NCBI GenBank assembly: GCA_964642545.1
Contig: CAZXQU010000002.1
Span: 27,321 to 91,320, forward strand
Length of the DNA: 64,000 nucleotides
From: an uncultured Prolixibacteraceae bacterium
Lineage (GTDB): Bacteria; Bacteroidota; Bacteroidia; Bacteroidales; FEN-979
Direction: 5' to 3'
Shown in pieces: positions 1 to 11,543 of this stretch. The position numbers and the translations under genes were made by a program. Under the pieces are notes generated by a model. It saw only the letters and a list, made by a program, of their open reading frames with translations. It made no database searches and was not told the origin of the DNA. How positions within the stretch are numbered: position 1 is the stretch's first letter; each line of letters begins with the position of its first letter.

Positions 1-2
1 AA

Positions 3-764
3 TCGACCATTGCCGAATCCTTCCGCTCCATACGTACCAACCTGACCTACCTGTTGCAGGGAAAAGAGAAACAGGTAATCCTTGTCACCTCCGACATGGT
101 AAGTGCCGGTAAGACCTTCTGCTCAATCAACCTGGCTTCCGTATTTGCTCTTTACGGCAAGAAGACTTTGTTGATGGGATTCGACCTGAGAAAGCCCAAA
201 ATATATCAGGACTTCGGACTAACAAACACGGAAGGGATCAGTTCATACCTCATCAATAAAAGCACCCTGGAAGACACCATCCAGGCTTCCGGCATTGAAA
301 ATTTTGATATCATCATGGCAGGGCCGGTACCACCGAACCCAGCTGAGTTGATCGCTTCGGAAAAGTGTACCGAACTGTTTACACGTTTGAAAGAGATGTA
401 TGACTACATCATCATCGACACACCCCCTGTTGGCCTGGTTACTGATGCGTTCCTCCTGATGAAACATGCCGACGCAAACCTCTTCCTGGTGCGCCAGAAC
501 TACACACATAAAAAGATCTTCTCATCCATTATCAAAGATATGGAGACACGGAATATTCCCAACCTGGCAATTATGATCAACGACGTCAAACTGAGCGGAA
601 ACTCATATGGCTATGGATACGGATATGGGTATGGATACGGATATGGGTATGGATATGGGTATGGATATGGCTACGGATATGGTCACGGATACGGTTATGG
701 GTACTATTCCGACGATAAGGATACAAAGAAAAAATCCGTGTTGCAACGCCTCTTCAGTAAATAG
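3..764 (+). CDS. wzc: BY-kinase (Wzc-like polysaccharide co-polymerase tyrosine autokinase), C-terminal part; 5' end lies outside the window
   Basis: Frame is open from base 3 (STIAESFRSIRTNL). Walker A SAGKT, Walker A' FDLRKP, Walker B IIIDTPP and a C-terminal Tyr cluster are present. Confidence 0.9.
   Translation, partial: STIAESFRSIRTNLTYLLQGKEKQVILVTSDMVSAGKTFCSINLASVFALYGKKTLLMGFDLRKPKIYQDFGLTNTEGISSYLINKSTLEDTIQASGIENFDIIMAGPVPPNPAELIASEKCTELFTRLKEMYDYIIIDTPPVGLVTDAFLLMKHADANLFLVRQNYTHKKIFSSIIKDMETRNIPNLAIMINDVKLSGNSYGYGYGYGYGYGYGYGYGYGYGYGYGHGYGYGYYSDDKDTKKKSVLQRLFSK
606..707 (+). repeat. Coding (Tyr-Gly)n repeat forming the BY-kinase tyrosine cluster
   Basis: TAY-GGN hexamers read (YG)13-HG-(YG)2-YY, 17 Tyr in total. 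Confidence 0.95.
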
Positions 765-851
765 GAATCACCACTCGTTTCCCACAATAAATCGAAGAAA
801 AAAGAGTTAATCTGAATATTCTTTTTCTTTGACAATTAATCGATACCCTTC

Positions 852-3185
852 ATGAAGATACTACATTACTTTTTCGTGCTGTTATCCCTCTTTTCGTTCA
901 CAATTTCGGGCATTGCACAGGAAACCCCTATTGGCCTCTGGAGAGATCAGTTACCCTATTATCAGGTAATTTCAGTAACTGAAGCCGGCAACTATATTTA
1001 CGCTGCTACCCCTTATGCAATTTTCTATCTCGACAGAGATAACAACAGTGTTCAGCGAATGTCCAAAATTAACGGACTCTCAGATATTGGCATCACCTCC
1101 ATCGAATACAATAAGAAGACAAACACTATTGTTCTATCTTACGCCAACGCCAACATAGATCTCATCAGCAATCTGATGGTTACCAATATTTCAGATATCA
1201 AACGCAAGCAGATTCTTGGCAATAAAACCATCAACAGCATCTATTGCTATGATAAATACGCTTACCTCGCCTGTGGGTTTGGAATTGTGGTTCTTGATTT
1301 GGAAAAAGAGGAGATTAAGGACACATACTATATCGGTCCAAACGGAAGCCCGATCAACGTATTATCCATTACTTCCGACAATACAGATACCATCTGGGCA
1401 GCCACCGAACTCGGAATATACAAGGCATCTATCAAAGATCCCAACCTGGTGAATTTTGCCGCCTGGCAACTGGACAACCAGATGGATCCAATGTTGCGCT
1501 ACAACACCATAACCGCAATTGGAGAGAAAGTTTTCGTAAACAAGTCACACACCACACCAAACCACGACACAATTTACATTCACAGCCAGGGGAACTGGAC
1601 TTCATGGTTTCCCGGACAGAGCAATACAATTAAAAAACTCCGTTCTACGGACAACAGGTTGATCATTGCATACAACTATTATGTATATGCGTATGACCAG
1701 GCGTTGGAGCCTGTTTACAGCATCTGGAACTATTTTCCCGGATCCCCATATCCTCTCGATGCGATACAGGGTGCCGGCAACTGGCTATGGATTGGCGACC
1801 TCTACGCTGGAATGGTTTCATATAGTATCAGTGAAAATTATTTCCAGGGATATGATCTGGGCGGTCCGCTTACTGCCAACTCATTCAGCATGACTGCCCT
1901 AGGGGATAATCTTTTAATTGCTGCAGGAGGAAGAGATGGGTCTTACGTGCCAACCTACAATGCTGGGCAAGTCTATAAGTTCGACAACACCAACTGGACC
2001 AATTACTCTGGATGGATTATCCCACAAATGGCCGGTATTAATGATCTGGTGACAGTCGCTGTTGATCCGCTGGATCCAAACAGGTTCTATGCCGGATCAT
2101 GGGGAAGAGGGTTGCTGGAAATTTATGGGAATGAATACGTGAATCGTTATGGAACATGGAATAGTACCCTGGGTCACCATTCAGCCTCCGATACAGCCGA
2201 TATCCGGGTGGGGGGTACAGCTTTTGATAACAATGGTAACCTCTGGGTCTCCACTTCCCATACCAACAGCTGCCTCTCCCTGAAACGTGGTAATGACTGG
2301 AAAGGATTTACAATCTCCGAAGTACAGGAGTCGGATCTTGGGCAGATGATTATCGACCGGTACAACCAGAAATGGATCGTAATGCGGTATGGCAATATGA
2401 ATCCAAACTCTCTGCTGGTCTTCACCGATAATGGAACGCCGGATAACCCGACTGACGACATGGTCAAAAAACTTAACTCCTCAGAGGGACATGGAAATAT
2501 ACCCGGAACCATTGTGTATGCCATCGCGGAAGATATGGATGGCGAAGTGTGGATCGGGACTGAAAACGGAGTCTCCGTGTTTTATACACCGGAAAACATC
2601 TTCACAGGAGGAAACTACGATGCCCAGAAGATCCTTGTCGAATATGGCGGATATTACCAATACCTCCTGGAGAATGAGATCGTTACTGCCATTGCTGTAG
2701 ACGGCTCCAACCGGAAATGGATCGGAACAGACCGCAGTGGAGTGTTTCTCTTTTCGGCTGACGGAACTTCTGAAATTCATCACTTCACCGAAGATAACAG
2801 TCCCCTCTTTTCAAACAGGATCACAAGTTTGGCGATCAACGCAAACGGGGATGTATTCATGGGAACCGACAAAGGGGTGATCTCCTACCGTGGAAGCGCT
2901 ACTGAAGGGATAGAAAAGATGGACGATGTGCATGCATTTCCGAATCCAGTGAAGGACGGGTATTCCGGAATTATCGGAATCAAAGGACTGGTTACCAATG
3001 CCCAGGTCAGAATTACCGACATCAGCGGGGCTGTTGTCCACTCCACCAAAGCAGAGGGAGGCCAGGCTATATGGGATGGGACAAACCTGAATGGGAAACG
3101 GGTTAAATCGGGCGTTTATCTGGTATTTGCCAGCGACGAGACAGGGAAGGAGAAAGTGGTGACAAAAATCATCATCGTCAACTGA
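852..3185 (+). CDS. porZ: PorZ-like T9SS beta-propeller protein with C-terminal T9SS domain
   Basis: Signal peptide, propeller repeats (WIGT, AIAVDGSNRKWIGT), C-terminal FPNPV...WDG...SGVYLV; lies directly upstream of recO as is usual in Bacteroidota. Confidence 0.85.
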   Translation: MKILHYFFVLLSLFSFTISGIAQETPIGLWRDQLPYYQVISVTEAGNYIYAATPYAIFYLDRDNNSVQRMSKINGLSDIGITSIEYNKKTNTIVLSYANANIDLISNLMVTNISDIKRKQILGNKTINSIYCYDKYAYLACGFGIVVLDLEKEEIKDTYYIGPNGSPINVLSITSDNTDTIWAATELGIYKASIKDPNLVNFAAWQLDNQMDPMLRYNTITAIGEKVFVNKSHTTPNHDTIYIHSQGNWTSWFPGQSNTIKKLRSTDNRLIIAYNYYVYAYDQALEPVYSIWNYFPGSPYPLDAIQGAGNWLWIGDLYAGMVSYSISENYFQGYDLGGPLTANSFSMTALGDNLLIAAGGRDGSYVPTYNAGQVYKFDNTNWTNYSGWIIPQMAGINDLVTVAVDPLDPNRFYAGSWGRGLLEIYGNEYVNRYGTWNSTLGHHSASDTADIRVGGTAFDNNGNLWVSTSHTNSCLSLKRGNDWKGFTISEVQESDLGQMIIDRYNQKWIVMRYGNMNPNSLLVFTDNGTPDNPTDDMVKKLNSSEGHGNIPGTIVYAIAEDMDGEVWIGTENGVSVFYTPENIFTGGNYDAQKILVEYGGYYQYLLENEIVTAIAVDGSNRKWIGTDRSGVFLFSADGTSEIHHFTEDNSPLFSNRITSLAINANGDVFMGTDKGVISYRGSATEGIEKMDDVHAFPNPVKDGYSGIIGIKGLVTNAQVRITDISGAVVHSTKAEGGQAIWDGTNLNGKRVKSGVYLVFASDETGKEKVVTKIIIVN

Positions 3186-3910
3186 TGCTTCATAAAACCC
3201 GGGGAATTGTTCTCCATTCATTCAAATACTCTGAATCCAGCCTGATTGTTAAAGCTTATACCGAAGCATTCGGCTTACAATCCTATATGCTGAAAGGAAT
3301 CCGAAGCCAGAAAGCAAAGACCAAACCGGCCCTGTTTCAACCCTTGACCCTTCTTGACCTGGTGGTTTACCATAAGGAGAAAAGCTCCCTACATCCGGTA
3401 AAAGAGGTTCAGCTAGCAATACCTACCCATTCAACCGGATCAAATATCCGAAAGAGTTCAATTGCCCTGTTTCTGGCAGAACTCATCTACCGGTCAATCC
3501 GTGAAGAGGAGGCAAATACCTCCCTTTTTACTTTTCTATGGAATGGCTTCATTCAACTTGAAGAAACGGAAGAACATGTAGCCAATTTTCACCTTCTCTT
3601 CTCGATAAAACTTTGCCGGTTTCTTGGATTTCAACCCCAGGAAAACCATAGCGAATACAATCGTTTTTTTCATTTACGGGAAGGTTCTTTTCACCCTCTT
3701 TACTCATCTGCCGAGGATTGTTTGGATGAAGAACAAAGTGCATTGTTCTTTCAACTTATACAAACCGAATTGAATCAGCTCTCATCCCTTTCAATACCTC
3801 CGCAAATCCGGTCCGTCATCCTGGATAAGGTACTCCTTTACTATCGGGTCCATCTAACCGGATTCAGCGAGATCCGCTCGCGCGAAGTCTTGCGTACAGT
3901 ACTCTCCTGA
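3185..3910 (+). CDS. recO: DNA repair protein RecO
   Basis: N-terminal [19 protein letters not shown]...FQPL OB-fold; FLGFQP; typical length. Confidence 0.92.
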   Translation: MLHKTRGIVLHSFKYSESSLIVKAYTEAFGLQSYMLKGIRSQKAKTKPALFQPLTLLDLVVYHKEKSSLHPVKEVQLAIPTHSTGSNIRKSSIALFLAELIYRSIREEEANTSLFTFLWNGFIQLEETEEHVANFHLLFSIKLCRFLGFQPQENHSEYNRFFHLREGSFHPLYSSAEDCLDEEQSALFFQLIQTELNQLSSLSIPPQIRSVILDKVLLYYRVHLTGFSEIRSREVLRTVLS

Positions 3911-3933
3911 AGTTACGATTCATCCCTTTTCCA

Positions 3934-3941
3934 TATCTTTG
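3934..3941 (+). promoter_or_regulatory. Bacteroidota primary-sigma -7 box for lysS
   Basis: TATCTTTG matches TAnnTTTG, 15 bp before ATG 3957. Confidence 0.6.
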
Positions 3942-3956
3942 CACAAAATTTACTAC

Positions 3957-5474
3957 ATGGAACATTCATTGTCAGAACAGGAACAAATCCGAAGGGATTC
4001 TTTACACGAACTTGTAGCCCTGGGCATCAACCCATATCCACCAGAAACCTTTGAGGTGAATACCTCAGCAGCTAGTATCAAGCAGAATTTTCCTGAAGAC
4101 AATACCTTATACCAGGATATCAGTATCGCCGGACGAATCATGAGCCGCAGAATCATGGGCGCCGCATCTTTCGCTGAAATTCAGGACGAAACCGGGCGGA
4201 TTCAGATCTATGTCAAACGGGATGATATCTGTCCTGAGGAAGATAAAACCCTTTACAATACAGTGTTCAAACGACATCTCGACATCGGAGATATCATTGG
4301 GATTACCGGATACGTTTTTATCACAAAAATGGGCGAGATCACCATTCATGTCTCCTCACTGAAGCTCCTGTGCAAATCACTGAAGCCACTTCCGATCGTT
4401 AAGGAGAAAGAGGATACGGTTTTCGATGCATTTACTGATCCTGAACAACGGTTCCGTCAACGGTATGTCGACCTGATTGTAAATCCCCATGTTCGGGAAG
4501 TATTTATCAAGCGTTCCTTGCTGGTCAACTCCATGCGCAATTTTCTCAACGCCAATCACTACCTGGAAGTTGAAACTCCCATCCTTCAACCGTTATATGG
4601 AGGAGCTGCAGCCAGACCATTCAAGACCCACCATAACTCCCTCGACATGACCATCTATCTAAGGATCGCTAACGAGCTTTACCTGAAACGGCTCATCATT
4701 GGCGGTTATCCGGGAGTTTATGAATTTTCAAAAGACTTCAGGAATGAAGGCATGGACCGGTTCCACAATCCTGAATTTACCCAGATGGAACTCTATGTAG
4801 CATATAAGGATTACCTCTGGATGATGGACCTTGTTGAAGAGATGGTGGAAAAGATTGCCTTGGACCTGCATGGCAAGACCGAGGTACAAGTTGGCGATAA
4901 CCTGATCGATTTCAAGCGTCCCTGGAAACGATTTACCATGTATGAAGCCATCCATCACTATACCGGTATCGATATCTCGGGAATGGATGAGGAGGCATTA
5001 CGCAAAACCGCAAAAGAGTTACATGTAGCCATTGATACTACCATGGCAAAAGGGAAAATAATTGATGAAATTTTTGGCGGGAAGTGCGAACCAAACCTGA
5101 TTCAACCCACCTTCATCACAGACTATCCCATTGAGATGTCTCCTCTGGCAAAGAAACACCGTACTCAGGAAGGCCTGGTAGAACGCTTCGAAGCAATATG
5201 TAACGGCAAAGAATTGTGCAACGCTTTCTCCGAATTAAACGACCCGATTGATCAGCGGGAACGTTTTGAAGCCCAGCTGGAATTAGGCAAACGAGGCGAT
5301 ACCGAATCGATGGTACTGGATGAAGATTTCCTGAAATCACTTGAGTATGGGATGCCTCCCACAGCAGGCCTCGGTATTGGGATCGACCGGCTGACCATGA
5401 TCATGACCAACCAGCCCTCAATCCAGGATGTCCTGTTTTTCCCGCAGATGCGACCCGACAAACGGACTATCTGA
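3957..5474 (+). CDS. lysS: Lysine--tRNA ligase (class II)
   Basis: [37 protein letters not shown] and [16 protein letters not shown] motifs. ATG 3957 preferred over TTG 3939, which overlaps the promoter box. Confidence 0.97.
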   Translation: MEHSLSEQEQIRRDSLHELVALGINPYPPETFEVNTSAASIKQNFPEDNTLYQDISIAGRIMSRRIMGAASFAEIQDETGRIQIYVKRDDICPEEDKTLYNTVFKRHLDIGDIIGITGYVFITKMGEITIHVSSLKLLCKSLKPLPIVKEKEDTVFDAFTDPEQRFRQRYVDLIVNPHVREVFIKRSLLVNSMRNFLNANHYLEVETPILQPLYGGAAARPFKTHHNSLDMTIYLRIANELYLKRLIIGGYPGVYEFSKDFRNEGMDRFHNPEFTQMELYVAYKDYLWMMDLVEEMVEKIALDLHGKTEVQVGDNLIDFKRPWKRFTMYEAIHHYTGIDISGMDEEALRKTAKELHVAIDTTMAKGKIIDEIFGGKCEPNLIQPTFITDYPIEMSPLAKKHRTQEGLVERFEAICNGKELCNAFSELNDPIDQRERFEAQLELGKRGDTESMVLDEDFLKSLEYGMPPTAGLGIGIDRLTMIMTNQPSIQDVLFFPQMRPDKRTI

Positions 5475-7545
5475 TCAACACCATCCGTTTCGACTGCAAT
5501 CCTTCGCCTGTCTTTAGGATATAAATATATACCCCGTTGGGGAGTTGTTTCCCGGTATGATCCTTCCCATCCCACGAAACAGAATAATACCCGCTCTGCA
5601 CATATCTATCAAGAATTGTGACAACCCGGTTCCCAAGGAGATCGAAAATCTCGATGCTGGTCTCTCCACTTGTGGTCAGGGTATAGGGAATGGTCGTGAT
5701 GCCTATTACGGGATTGGGATAATTCTGACCCAAACGGCCCGAATTCCCAGCAATAGTCTCCCGGATGCCAGTGAGGAGGCTATCGTTCACCGCAATGATA
5801 ACCCGAACAGTTCCAACTGTTGTTGAAACCTCCAGTGTATCCAGTTCATATCCGGTAAACTGGTCGAGCAACGGCAAATCAATCCTGACGCGAAGTTGCG
5901 TAGTGTCGTTTGCATTGAGAAAATATGGTGTTGAAGGGACAGTTCCGATATACCACGCAAACCCAGGATTAAAGCCTTCATTCTGGATATTTGTCACCGA
6001 AATATTCTCTCCGGTAAAATTGTTCAAAACAGTAAATTTCCCCTCCAAACACTCTTCCGGTGTGTTGAACTTCAACGTCTCAGGGATAGCTGTGATATTG
6101 GTATACACCGTATTGAATTCAAATGGATCGGGCTCACCGATGTATGGTGCGGAGGCATGACGACCCGAATTATCAGCAGCGGTTATGTAATACTCTATCG
6201 TATTCTCGCCAGGTTGATTTGGAATGACACCAGAGTATAAACTCCCCGATGTATTTTGCATACTGGTAATCATCCAGATTCCATTATTTACCCGGTAGTG
6301 AATCAGCACCGAATCGTTGATTACCGTTGTATCGCTACAAACTATCAACTCGGCATTAAGGAGATAATCTTCTTCACAAGGATGGTCTCCATAAAGAGGG
6401 TAGTGCCGGACGAAGAGCATTCCCAGGTCAGCAATCCCTTTGGTACGGCAGTGTAATGCATCTGTCGATGCCCAAGGTTCGGAAGGTAATCCAATAAATC
6501 CAAGCACCTCATAGCCGGGCATAGCTGCCTGGTAGACGGCGAGTGCACTATCATCCCAGGTATTGTTCATGATGGGAACCAGCACTTTCCTGTTCAGAAT
6601 CAATGAATTTGTATAGGGTTGATTATTGGGAGTGTAAGCCCGGTAAACTTTATAATTGTATCCATAAGCACAGGGAGTCCCGGCCCAATATGCAGCAGCT
6701 TGTTCAATTAGATTATACTGAGGATGTGCAGGGGGCACTGATCTTACCAGAATTTTATCCGGAGCAAGAAACTTCGCCCAGCAGTCGATGTGATCAATAT
6801 AGGTTCCATTGGGATCAGCCCTTACGTGATACGTCTCTATTCCAAGGTAATTCAATACTTTTTCTGCAACTTGCTCATGGGTCTGCGTCGGATTTTCTTC
6901 CCATACCAATTCGGTGGAGGCTGAATTGCCATAGCCATCCGTCATGTAGTTGCCCCCTGTATGGATCAGGTTCATGCCAAACCATGGGATTCCCAACATA
7001 TTGGCAACCTTCTTCGGAACTTCATCATCCAACGGTCGTGGGCGGTTATATGGAAAATCTACGATCCCGATATTGTCGGAACTGTCCGACTCAAACCAGG
7101 GGCCATAATCCCGTGTCCAGTAAGAGTCGGTACCAGCGATTAGGAAGTTGCAATGACTGGTATCGACACCGTTGGAAATATATTGGCTGGTAACTGTATT
7201 TTGCTGTGAAATGCTGTTGACCAACGTGGTAACCATGATTTCGCCTTCCGCCATCTCTTTGATCAGTGCAATCGGGATGCCAAATGGATATCGAACCAAC
7301 ACGCCATGCATGTGGTCGAACTCAGCAATATTCCGAATCGGGGCAGAAGGTGGATCGGTTTCCACAAATGCCAGACCGATTTCATCGAGCCGCGTCAACT
7401 CATCTGGTGTAAGCCAATGAGTTAATTTTTGGGGAGTATCGGGTGCATCCTGAGCAAAAGTCAGAGTTGGAAGAATTACTGTTAGAATAGAGGCTATCAA
7501 AGTCAGGAATAGAACTCCCCGGCAGTCGAGATGTCGGATAATCAT
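5467..7545 (-). CDS. Secreted agmatine/peptidylarginine deiminase family protein with Ig-like and T9SS C-terminal domains
   Basis: WTRDYGP, GGN, HID and LHC pentein motifs; signal peptide; C-terminal QNYPNP...WDG...GVYIY. Confidence 0.85.
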   Translation of the reverse strand: MIIRHLDCRGVLFLTLIASILTVILPTLTFAQDAPDTPQKLTHWLTPDELTRLDEIGLAFVETDPPSAPIRNIAEFDHMHGVLVRYPFGIPIALIKEMAEGEIMVTTLVNSISQQNTVTSQYISNGVDTSHCNFLIAGTDSYWTRDYGPWFESDSSDNIGIVDFPYNRPRPLDDEVPKKVANMLGIPWFGMNLIHTGGNYMTDGYGNSASTELVWEENPTQTHEQVAEKVLNYLGIETYHVRADPNGTYIDHIDCWAKFLAPDKILVRSVPPAHPQYNLIEQAAAYWAGTPCAYGYNYKVYRAYTPNNQPYTNSLILNRKVLVPIMNNTWDDSALAVYQAAMPGYEVLGFIGLPSEPWASTDALHCRTKGIADLGMLFVRHYPLYGDHPCEEDYLLNAELIVCSDTTVINDSVLIHYRVNNGIWMITSMQNTSGSLYSGVIPNQPGENTIEYYITAADNSGRHASAPYIGEPDPFEFNTVYTNITAIPETLKFNTPEECLEGKFTVLNNFTGENISVTNIQNEGFNPGFAWYIGTVPSTPYFLNANDTTQLRVRIDLPLLDQFTGYELDTLEVSTTVGTVRVIIAVNDSLLTGIRETIAGNSGRLGQNYPNPVIGITTIPYTLTTSGETSIEIFDLLGNRVVTILDRYVQSGYYSVSWDGKDHTGKQLPNGVYIYILKTGEGLQSKRMVLIR

Positions 7546-7576
7546 GATGATTTCGGGTTTTTGGTGAAACTCGCAG

Positions 7577-7584
7577 CAAAGATA
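7577..7584 (-). promoter_or_regulatory. -7 box for the deiminase gene
   Basis: CAAAGATA on + reads TATCTTTG on -. Confidence 0.55.
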
Positions 7585-7699
7585 CTCGTTTCAGGTAAAA
7601 TTCAAACAGTGCTTGTAAGCGGTTTATGATCCTGAATGACAATAATTTATCCGGTAGTAACTTCTTCGCTTACGGTTGGGAAAACGATAAGAAAGCTCT

Positions 7700-7707
7700 T
7701 AATTTTG
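7700..7707 (+). promoter_or_regulatory. -7 box for the CDF transporter
   Basis: TAATTTTG, 10 bp before ATG 7718. Confidence 0.5.
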
Positions 7708-7717
7708 CTGTAAAGTC

Positions 7718-8578
7718 ATGAATATGAACAAGAAGGTGGCTGTTGCCCGTCTCTCCATCATCTCCAACTCCTTGCTGATCGTCTTGAAACTGGTAGTTGG
7801 AATGATCAGCGGTTCGGTGAGTATCATTTCCGAAGCGATTCACTCTTTCATGGACCTGCTAGCTGCCATCATCGCATTTTTATCAGTCCGGATCTCAGAC
7901 CGTCCTGCTGATTCGAAACACCCGTATGGTCATGGGAAATTTGAAAACATTTCAGGAGTTGTTGAAGCCGTTCTCATATTTGTAGCCGCCTTCTGGATCA
8001 TCTATGAGGCGGTACAAAGGATCATCCATCCCGAACCCATCGATTCCATCTGGATAGGAGTCGTTGTAATGTCTGTTTCGGCAATTGTCAATATCATTGT
8101 ATCCCGCAAATTATATAAAGTCGCCCGCGAAACTGATTCCATCGCTCTGGAGGCAGATGCACTTCATCTGAAAACTGATGTCTACACCTCTCTCGGCGTA
8201 GCTATCGGACTAGCCCTTATCTGGATTACCGGATATCATTTCCTTGATCCTGTAGTGGCTTTTCTGGTTGCTCTTTTGATATTGAAGGAGTCATACCACT
8301 TATTCCGAAAAGCTTATGGGCCATTGCTTGATGTCGCATTGCCTGAAGAGGATATTGAAGCGATCCGTCAAGTTATCAACAATAATTGTGAGGGGAAAAT
8401 CAATTACCATAATTTGCGCACCCGAAAAGCCGGGAACTTCAGATATGTTGATTTTCATCTCAACCTGCCAAGGAACATGACTGTAAAAGAAGCACATGAC
8501 CTCTGCGATTTTATTGAGCAGGATGTCAAAACCTTGTTCCTTGAAACGGAAGTGACGATTCACGTCGAATATATCTGA
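7718..8578 (+). CDS. Cation diffusion facilitator (FieF-like) metal transporter
   Basis: HSFMD, HPYGHGKFE and HLKTD motifs; six TM helices; C-terminal AHDLCD...IHVE. Confidence 0.93.
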   Translation: MNMNKKVAVARLSIISNSLLIVLKLVVGMISGSVSIISEAIHSFMDLLAAIIAFLSVRISDRPADSKHPYGHGKFENISGVVEAVLIFVAAFWIIYEAVQRIIHPEPIDSIWIGVVVMSVSAIVNIIVSRKLYKVARETDSIALEADALHLKTDVYTSLGVAIGLALIWITGYHFLDPVVAFLVALLILKESYHLFRKAYGPLLDVALPEEDIEAIRQVINNNCEGKINYHNLRTRKAGNFRYVDFHLNLPRNMTVKEAHDLCDFIEQDVKTLFLETEVTIHVEYI

Positions 8579-8724
8579 GAAAATCCTCTCTACCGGTACT
8601 TTTTCCACTTAGTCAACGTTTGAAATTGGGACCAGACTAATTAACAATTCGTTGTTAATCAAAAGTAAAGCATGGTCAATTCTAGTGACCATATTGGTCT
8701 ATTTTTGTACAAGTCTGGTGTAGT

Positions 8725-10401
8725 ATGTACTCCAAAATCCCCTTTCTGATGAAACAGGTTAGATATTTGCTTCTTTTCATTATACTTTTTCCAACCCTGG
8801 TAAGGGCTCAGGATACTGCGTTATCCGATTCTACTTCTGCATTTATTCTGATCGAGGATGATCCGGTTGCCGCTATACTTGATTCTCTTTCACTGCTTAC
8901 AATTTTCGAGGGGAATGGTTATGGGAAAGGGCACTCTGTGAGAGACTATTCCTCTTCAGATATTCCCTATTTCCCGGATTCTATTATCCGTGAAAATATT
9001 TTAGCAATGAATGATCAAACACCATTCGAATACATATACAACAACCAGGTAAAGCAATTCATTGAATTATATGCGTATAAAAAGAGGGAATTGACAGCAC
9101 GTATCCTTGGCCTGGCTGAACTCTATTTTCCCCTCTTTGAAGAGCAACTCGATTTGCGCAATATGCCTTTGGAGTTAAAATACCTTGCCGTGATTGAATC
9201 GGCTCTCAACCCTACAGCCAATTCCAGGGCTGGAGCCAAAGGCCTATGGCAGTTCATGTATGGTACCGGGAAAGTCTATGGATTGAAAGTCACTTCGCTG
9301 GTTGATGACCGGTTTGACCCCTATAAATCCACCATTGCAGCCTGTGAACACCTCCAGGACCTCTATGACATTTATGGGAACTGGTCACTTGCACTTGCTG
9401 CCTACAACTCGGGTGCAGGTAACGTAAACAAAGCCATCCGTCGTTCGGGTGGTCACAAAAATTTCTGGGTGATCTATCCGTACCTTCCCAGGGAGACCCG
9501 TTCCTATGTGCCAGCCTTCATTGCAGCCAGTTACGTACTAATGCATGCTGATGATTACAAAATAGGTGCAATCCTTCCGACAGTCCTGCATTATGAGATT
9601 GATACCGTTACCATCAAAGATATTCTTACCCTGGACCAGATTTCAGAAATCCTGCATATTCCAAAGGATGAGATCGCCTTTCTCAATCCGGCTTACAAGC
9701 AGGGAATTATTCCTGCCTCGGCTGAAAATCCATACTTCCTCCGGCTCCGAAAAAAGGATGTGGGAGATTTTATCACTAATGAATCAAACATTTACGCCTA
9801 CGAAACGAAACTGGCAAAGGAACGTAATTCTCTCGAAAAAATCGTCGAAGAGAGTAAGCGATCCACCCAATATTATATCGTTAAGAGTGGGGACAACCTC
9901 GGCGCTATAGCATCCAGGCACAACATGTCAGTATCACAGCTCAAGAGCATGAACAATCTGCGCTCCAACACCATTCATCCGCGACAAAGACTGATTGTTT
10001 ACAACGGTTCTGGTCCGATGCCATCTTCCAGCTCAACGTATACCAGTAATACCCCAACGCCAACTCCTTCGCCTTCCTTCCATACAGTGAAAAGTGGTGA
10101 AAGCCTTGGGTTGATTGCCGGAAAATATGGCTGTTCTGTTAGCCAGCTGATGAGCTGGAACAACCTCTCAAAATCTACCATCTATGCTGGTCAGAAATTG
10201 AAGGTTAACGGATCCAAATCTTCGGGCAGCACCTCATCAGGCAGTGGATCCAAATATACTTACTACACCATCAAATCGGGAGATAACCTCTGGGATCTCG
10301 CACAAAAATACAACTGTACCGTGAGTGCGATCAAATCGCTGAACAATATCAAGAATGCAAACAGGTTACGGCCCGGGCAAAAGATCAAGATTCCGAAGTA
10401 A
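8725..10401 (+). CDS. mltD: MltD-like lytic transglycosylase with three LysM domains
   Basis: LAVIES, GLWQF, AAYNSG and ETRSYVP motifs; three LysM repeats (VKSGDNL, VKSGESL, IKSGDNL). Confidence 0.92.
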   Translation: MYSKIPFLMKQVRYLLLFIILFPTLVRAQDTALSDSTSAFILIEDDPVAAILDSLSLLTIFEGNGYGKGHSVRDYSSSDIPYFPDSIIRENILAMNDQTPFEYIYNNQVKQFIELYAYKKRELTARILGLAELYFPLFEEQLDLRNMPLELKYLAVIESALNPTANSRAGAKGLWQFMYGTGKVYGLKVTSLVDDRFDPYKSTIAACEHLQDLYDIYGNWSLALAAYNSGAGNVNKAIRRSGGHKNFWVIYPYLPRETRSYVPAFIAASYVLMHADDYKIGAILPTVLHYEIDTVTIKDILTLDQISEILHIPKDEIAFLNPAYKQGIIPASAENPYFLRLRKKDVGDFITNESNIYAYETKLAKERNSLEKIVEESKRSTQYYIVKSGDNLGAIASRHNMSVSQLKSMNNLRSNTIHPRQRLIVYNGSGPMPSSSSTYTSNTPTPTPSPSFHTVKSGESLGLIAGKYGCSVSQLMSWNNLSKSTIYAGQKLKVNGSKSSGSTSSGSGSKYTYYTIKSGDNLWDLAQKYNCTVSAIKSLNNIKNANRLRPGQKIKIPK

Positions 10402-10529
10402 TTACATATCTTTGAGTCGATTGTGTCTCATTGTAATCAAGACATATACCCATTTGAAGCTTTTCTGATCTGTTTGTATATTTGATTCCTTCAACGCCAT
10501 TTTATGCAATGGAATAAATTGGAATCATC

Positions 10530-11543
10530 ATGAAACAAGCTGTTTATTTAGGAAAAATTTGTATCGTATTTTCCATTCTCACACTAGCACTTGCCTCCTG
10601 TACAAAAGAGACCCACTACATCCCTGTTCAATCAGGGGACACCCTTCCACTTGGGGATCAGGATCTCCCATACCACTGGAAAACATGGATGGGCCATGTG
10701 CCTGATTCTTTTTATCTCTCTCAGATCACAATTCCCGGAACCCATGATGCCGGGGCCGATAAGCATACCTCCGATGTAGGATGGCCGGAATGGCATTATG
10801 TCATCTGCCAGGACTTCGACATACCCAACCAGATGAACCTGGGAGTCAGGTGGTTTGATATTCGGCTCAAGTGTCACGATGGGGGAGATCTCTCAGTCCA
10901 TCATTCCAGTTACTACCTCCATAAGAATTTTGATGATGTGGTCATGTATGCCAAAAATTTTCTGAAGGATCATCCCAAAGAGACAATCATTCTGATGATC
11001 AAGCAGGAATCCTCCAATGTAAGTGAAGAAACGTTCGGACAAGCAGTCTACTCCCGATTTGAAAAGCATGGACTAGAACATTTTTTCCTGGAAGACAAAA
11101 TGCCTCCACTGGGAGAAGTCAGGGGAAAGATCTACATCATCAGAAGATTCCATAACAAACTGGGAAAACCTTGCGGGACATTTGTCTGGTGGAATGAAAA
11201 TACCAAAGGCTCCTACCATCATTATGGTAATATCGGTATCTATGCCCAGGACCATTACAGCCTCCACACCGTTTCAACTGATACAAAATACAATGAAGTG
11301 GTATCGACCATCAAAAAGGCCCACGATAACACAAACCTCAACATCTTCTACCTGAATTTTGTGAGTGGGGAAAGGGTGCCCGATGAAACCCTCTGGACAA
11401 CTGCCAATGAAATAAATTACCGGGTGGAAGATTACCTGGATGGTCATGCTAAACATTGGCACCACTGTGGGGTGATCATGATCAATTTTGCAGGAGGCGG
11501 GGATGACGACCATAACCGGAGAGCCTGCATGTTATCAGCCTGA
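10530..11543 (+). CDS. Phosphatidylinositol-specific phospholipase C X-domain lipoprotein; C-terminus possibly truncated
   Basis: Lipobox LASC; IPGTHD, GVRWFDIR, HPKETI and LGEVRGKI motifs. Confidence 0.8.
   Translation: MKQAVYLGKICIVFSILTLALASCTKETHYIPVQSGDTLPLGDQDLPYHWKTWMGHVPDSFYLSQITIPGTHDAGADKHTSDVGWPEWHYVICQDFDIPNQMNLGVRWFDIRLKCHDGGDLSVHHSSYYLHKNFDDVVMYAKNFLKDHPKETIILMIKQESSNVSEETFGQAVYSRFEKHGLEHFFLEDKMPPLGEVRGKIYIIRRFHNKLGKPCGTFVWWNENTKGSYHHYGNIGIYAQDHYSLHTVSTDTKYNEVVSTIKKAHDNTNLNIFYLNFVSGERVPDETLWTTANEINYRVEDYLDGHAKHWHHCGVIMINFAGGGDDDHNRRACMLSA

Noticed and set aside
607-810. ORF MAMDTDMGMDTD...
   Set aside because: Alternative-frame reading of the YG repeat of wzc.
795-830. A/T-rich inverted repeat after wzc
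   Set aside because: The stem is almost all A-T with a long loop, too weak to call a terminator.
6603-7193. 196-aa ORF on + strand
   Set aside because: Antisense shadow of the deiminase gene, with no recognisable motifs.
7620-7700. Possible metal or cobalamin riboswitch upstream of the CDF gene
   Set aside because: No recognisable conserved core, and the -7 box lies only 10 bp from the start, leaving no room for a leader.
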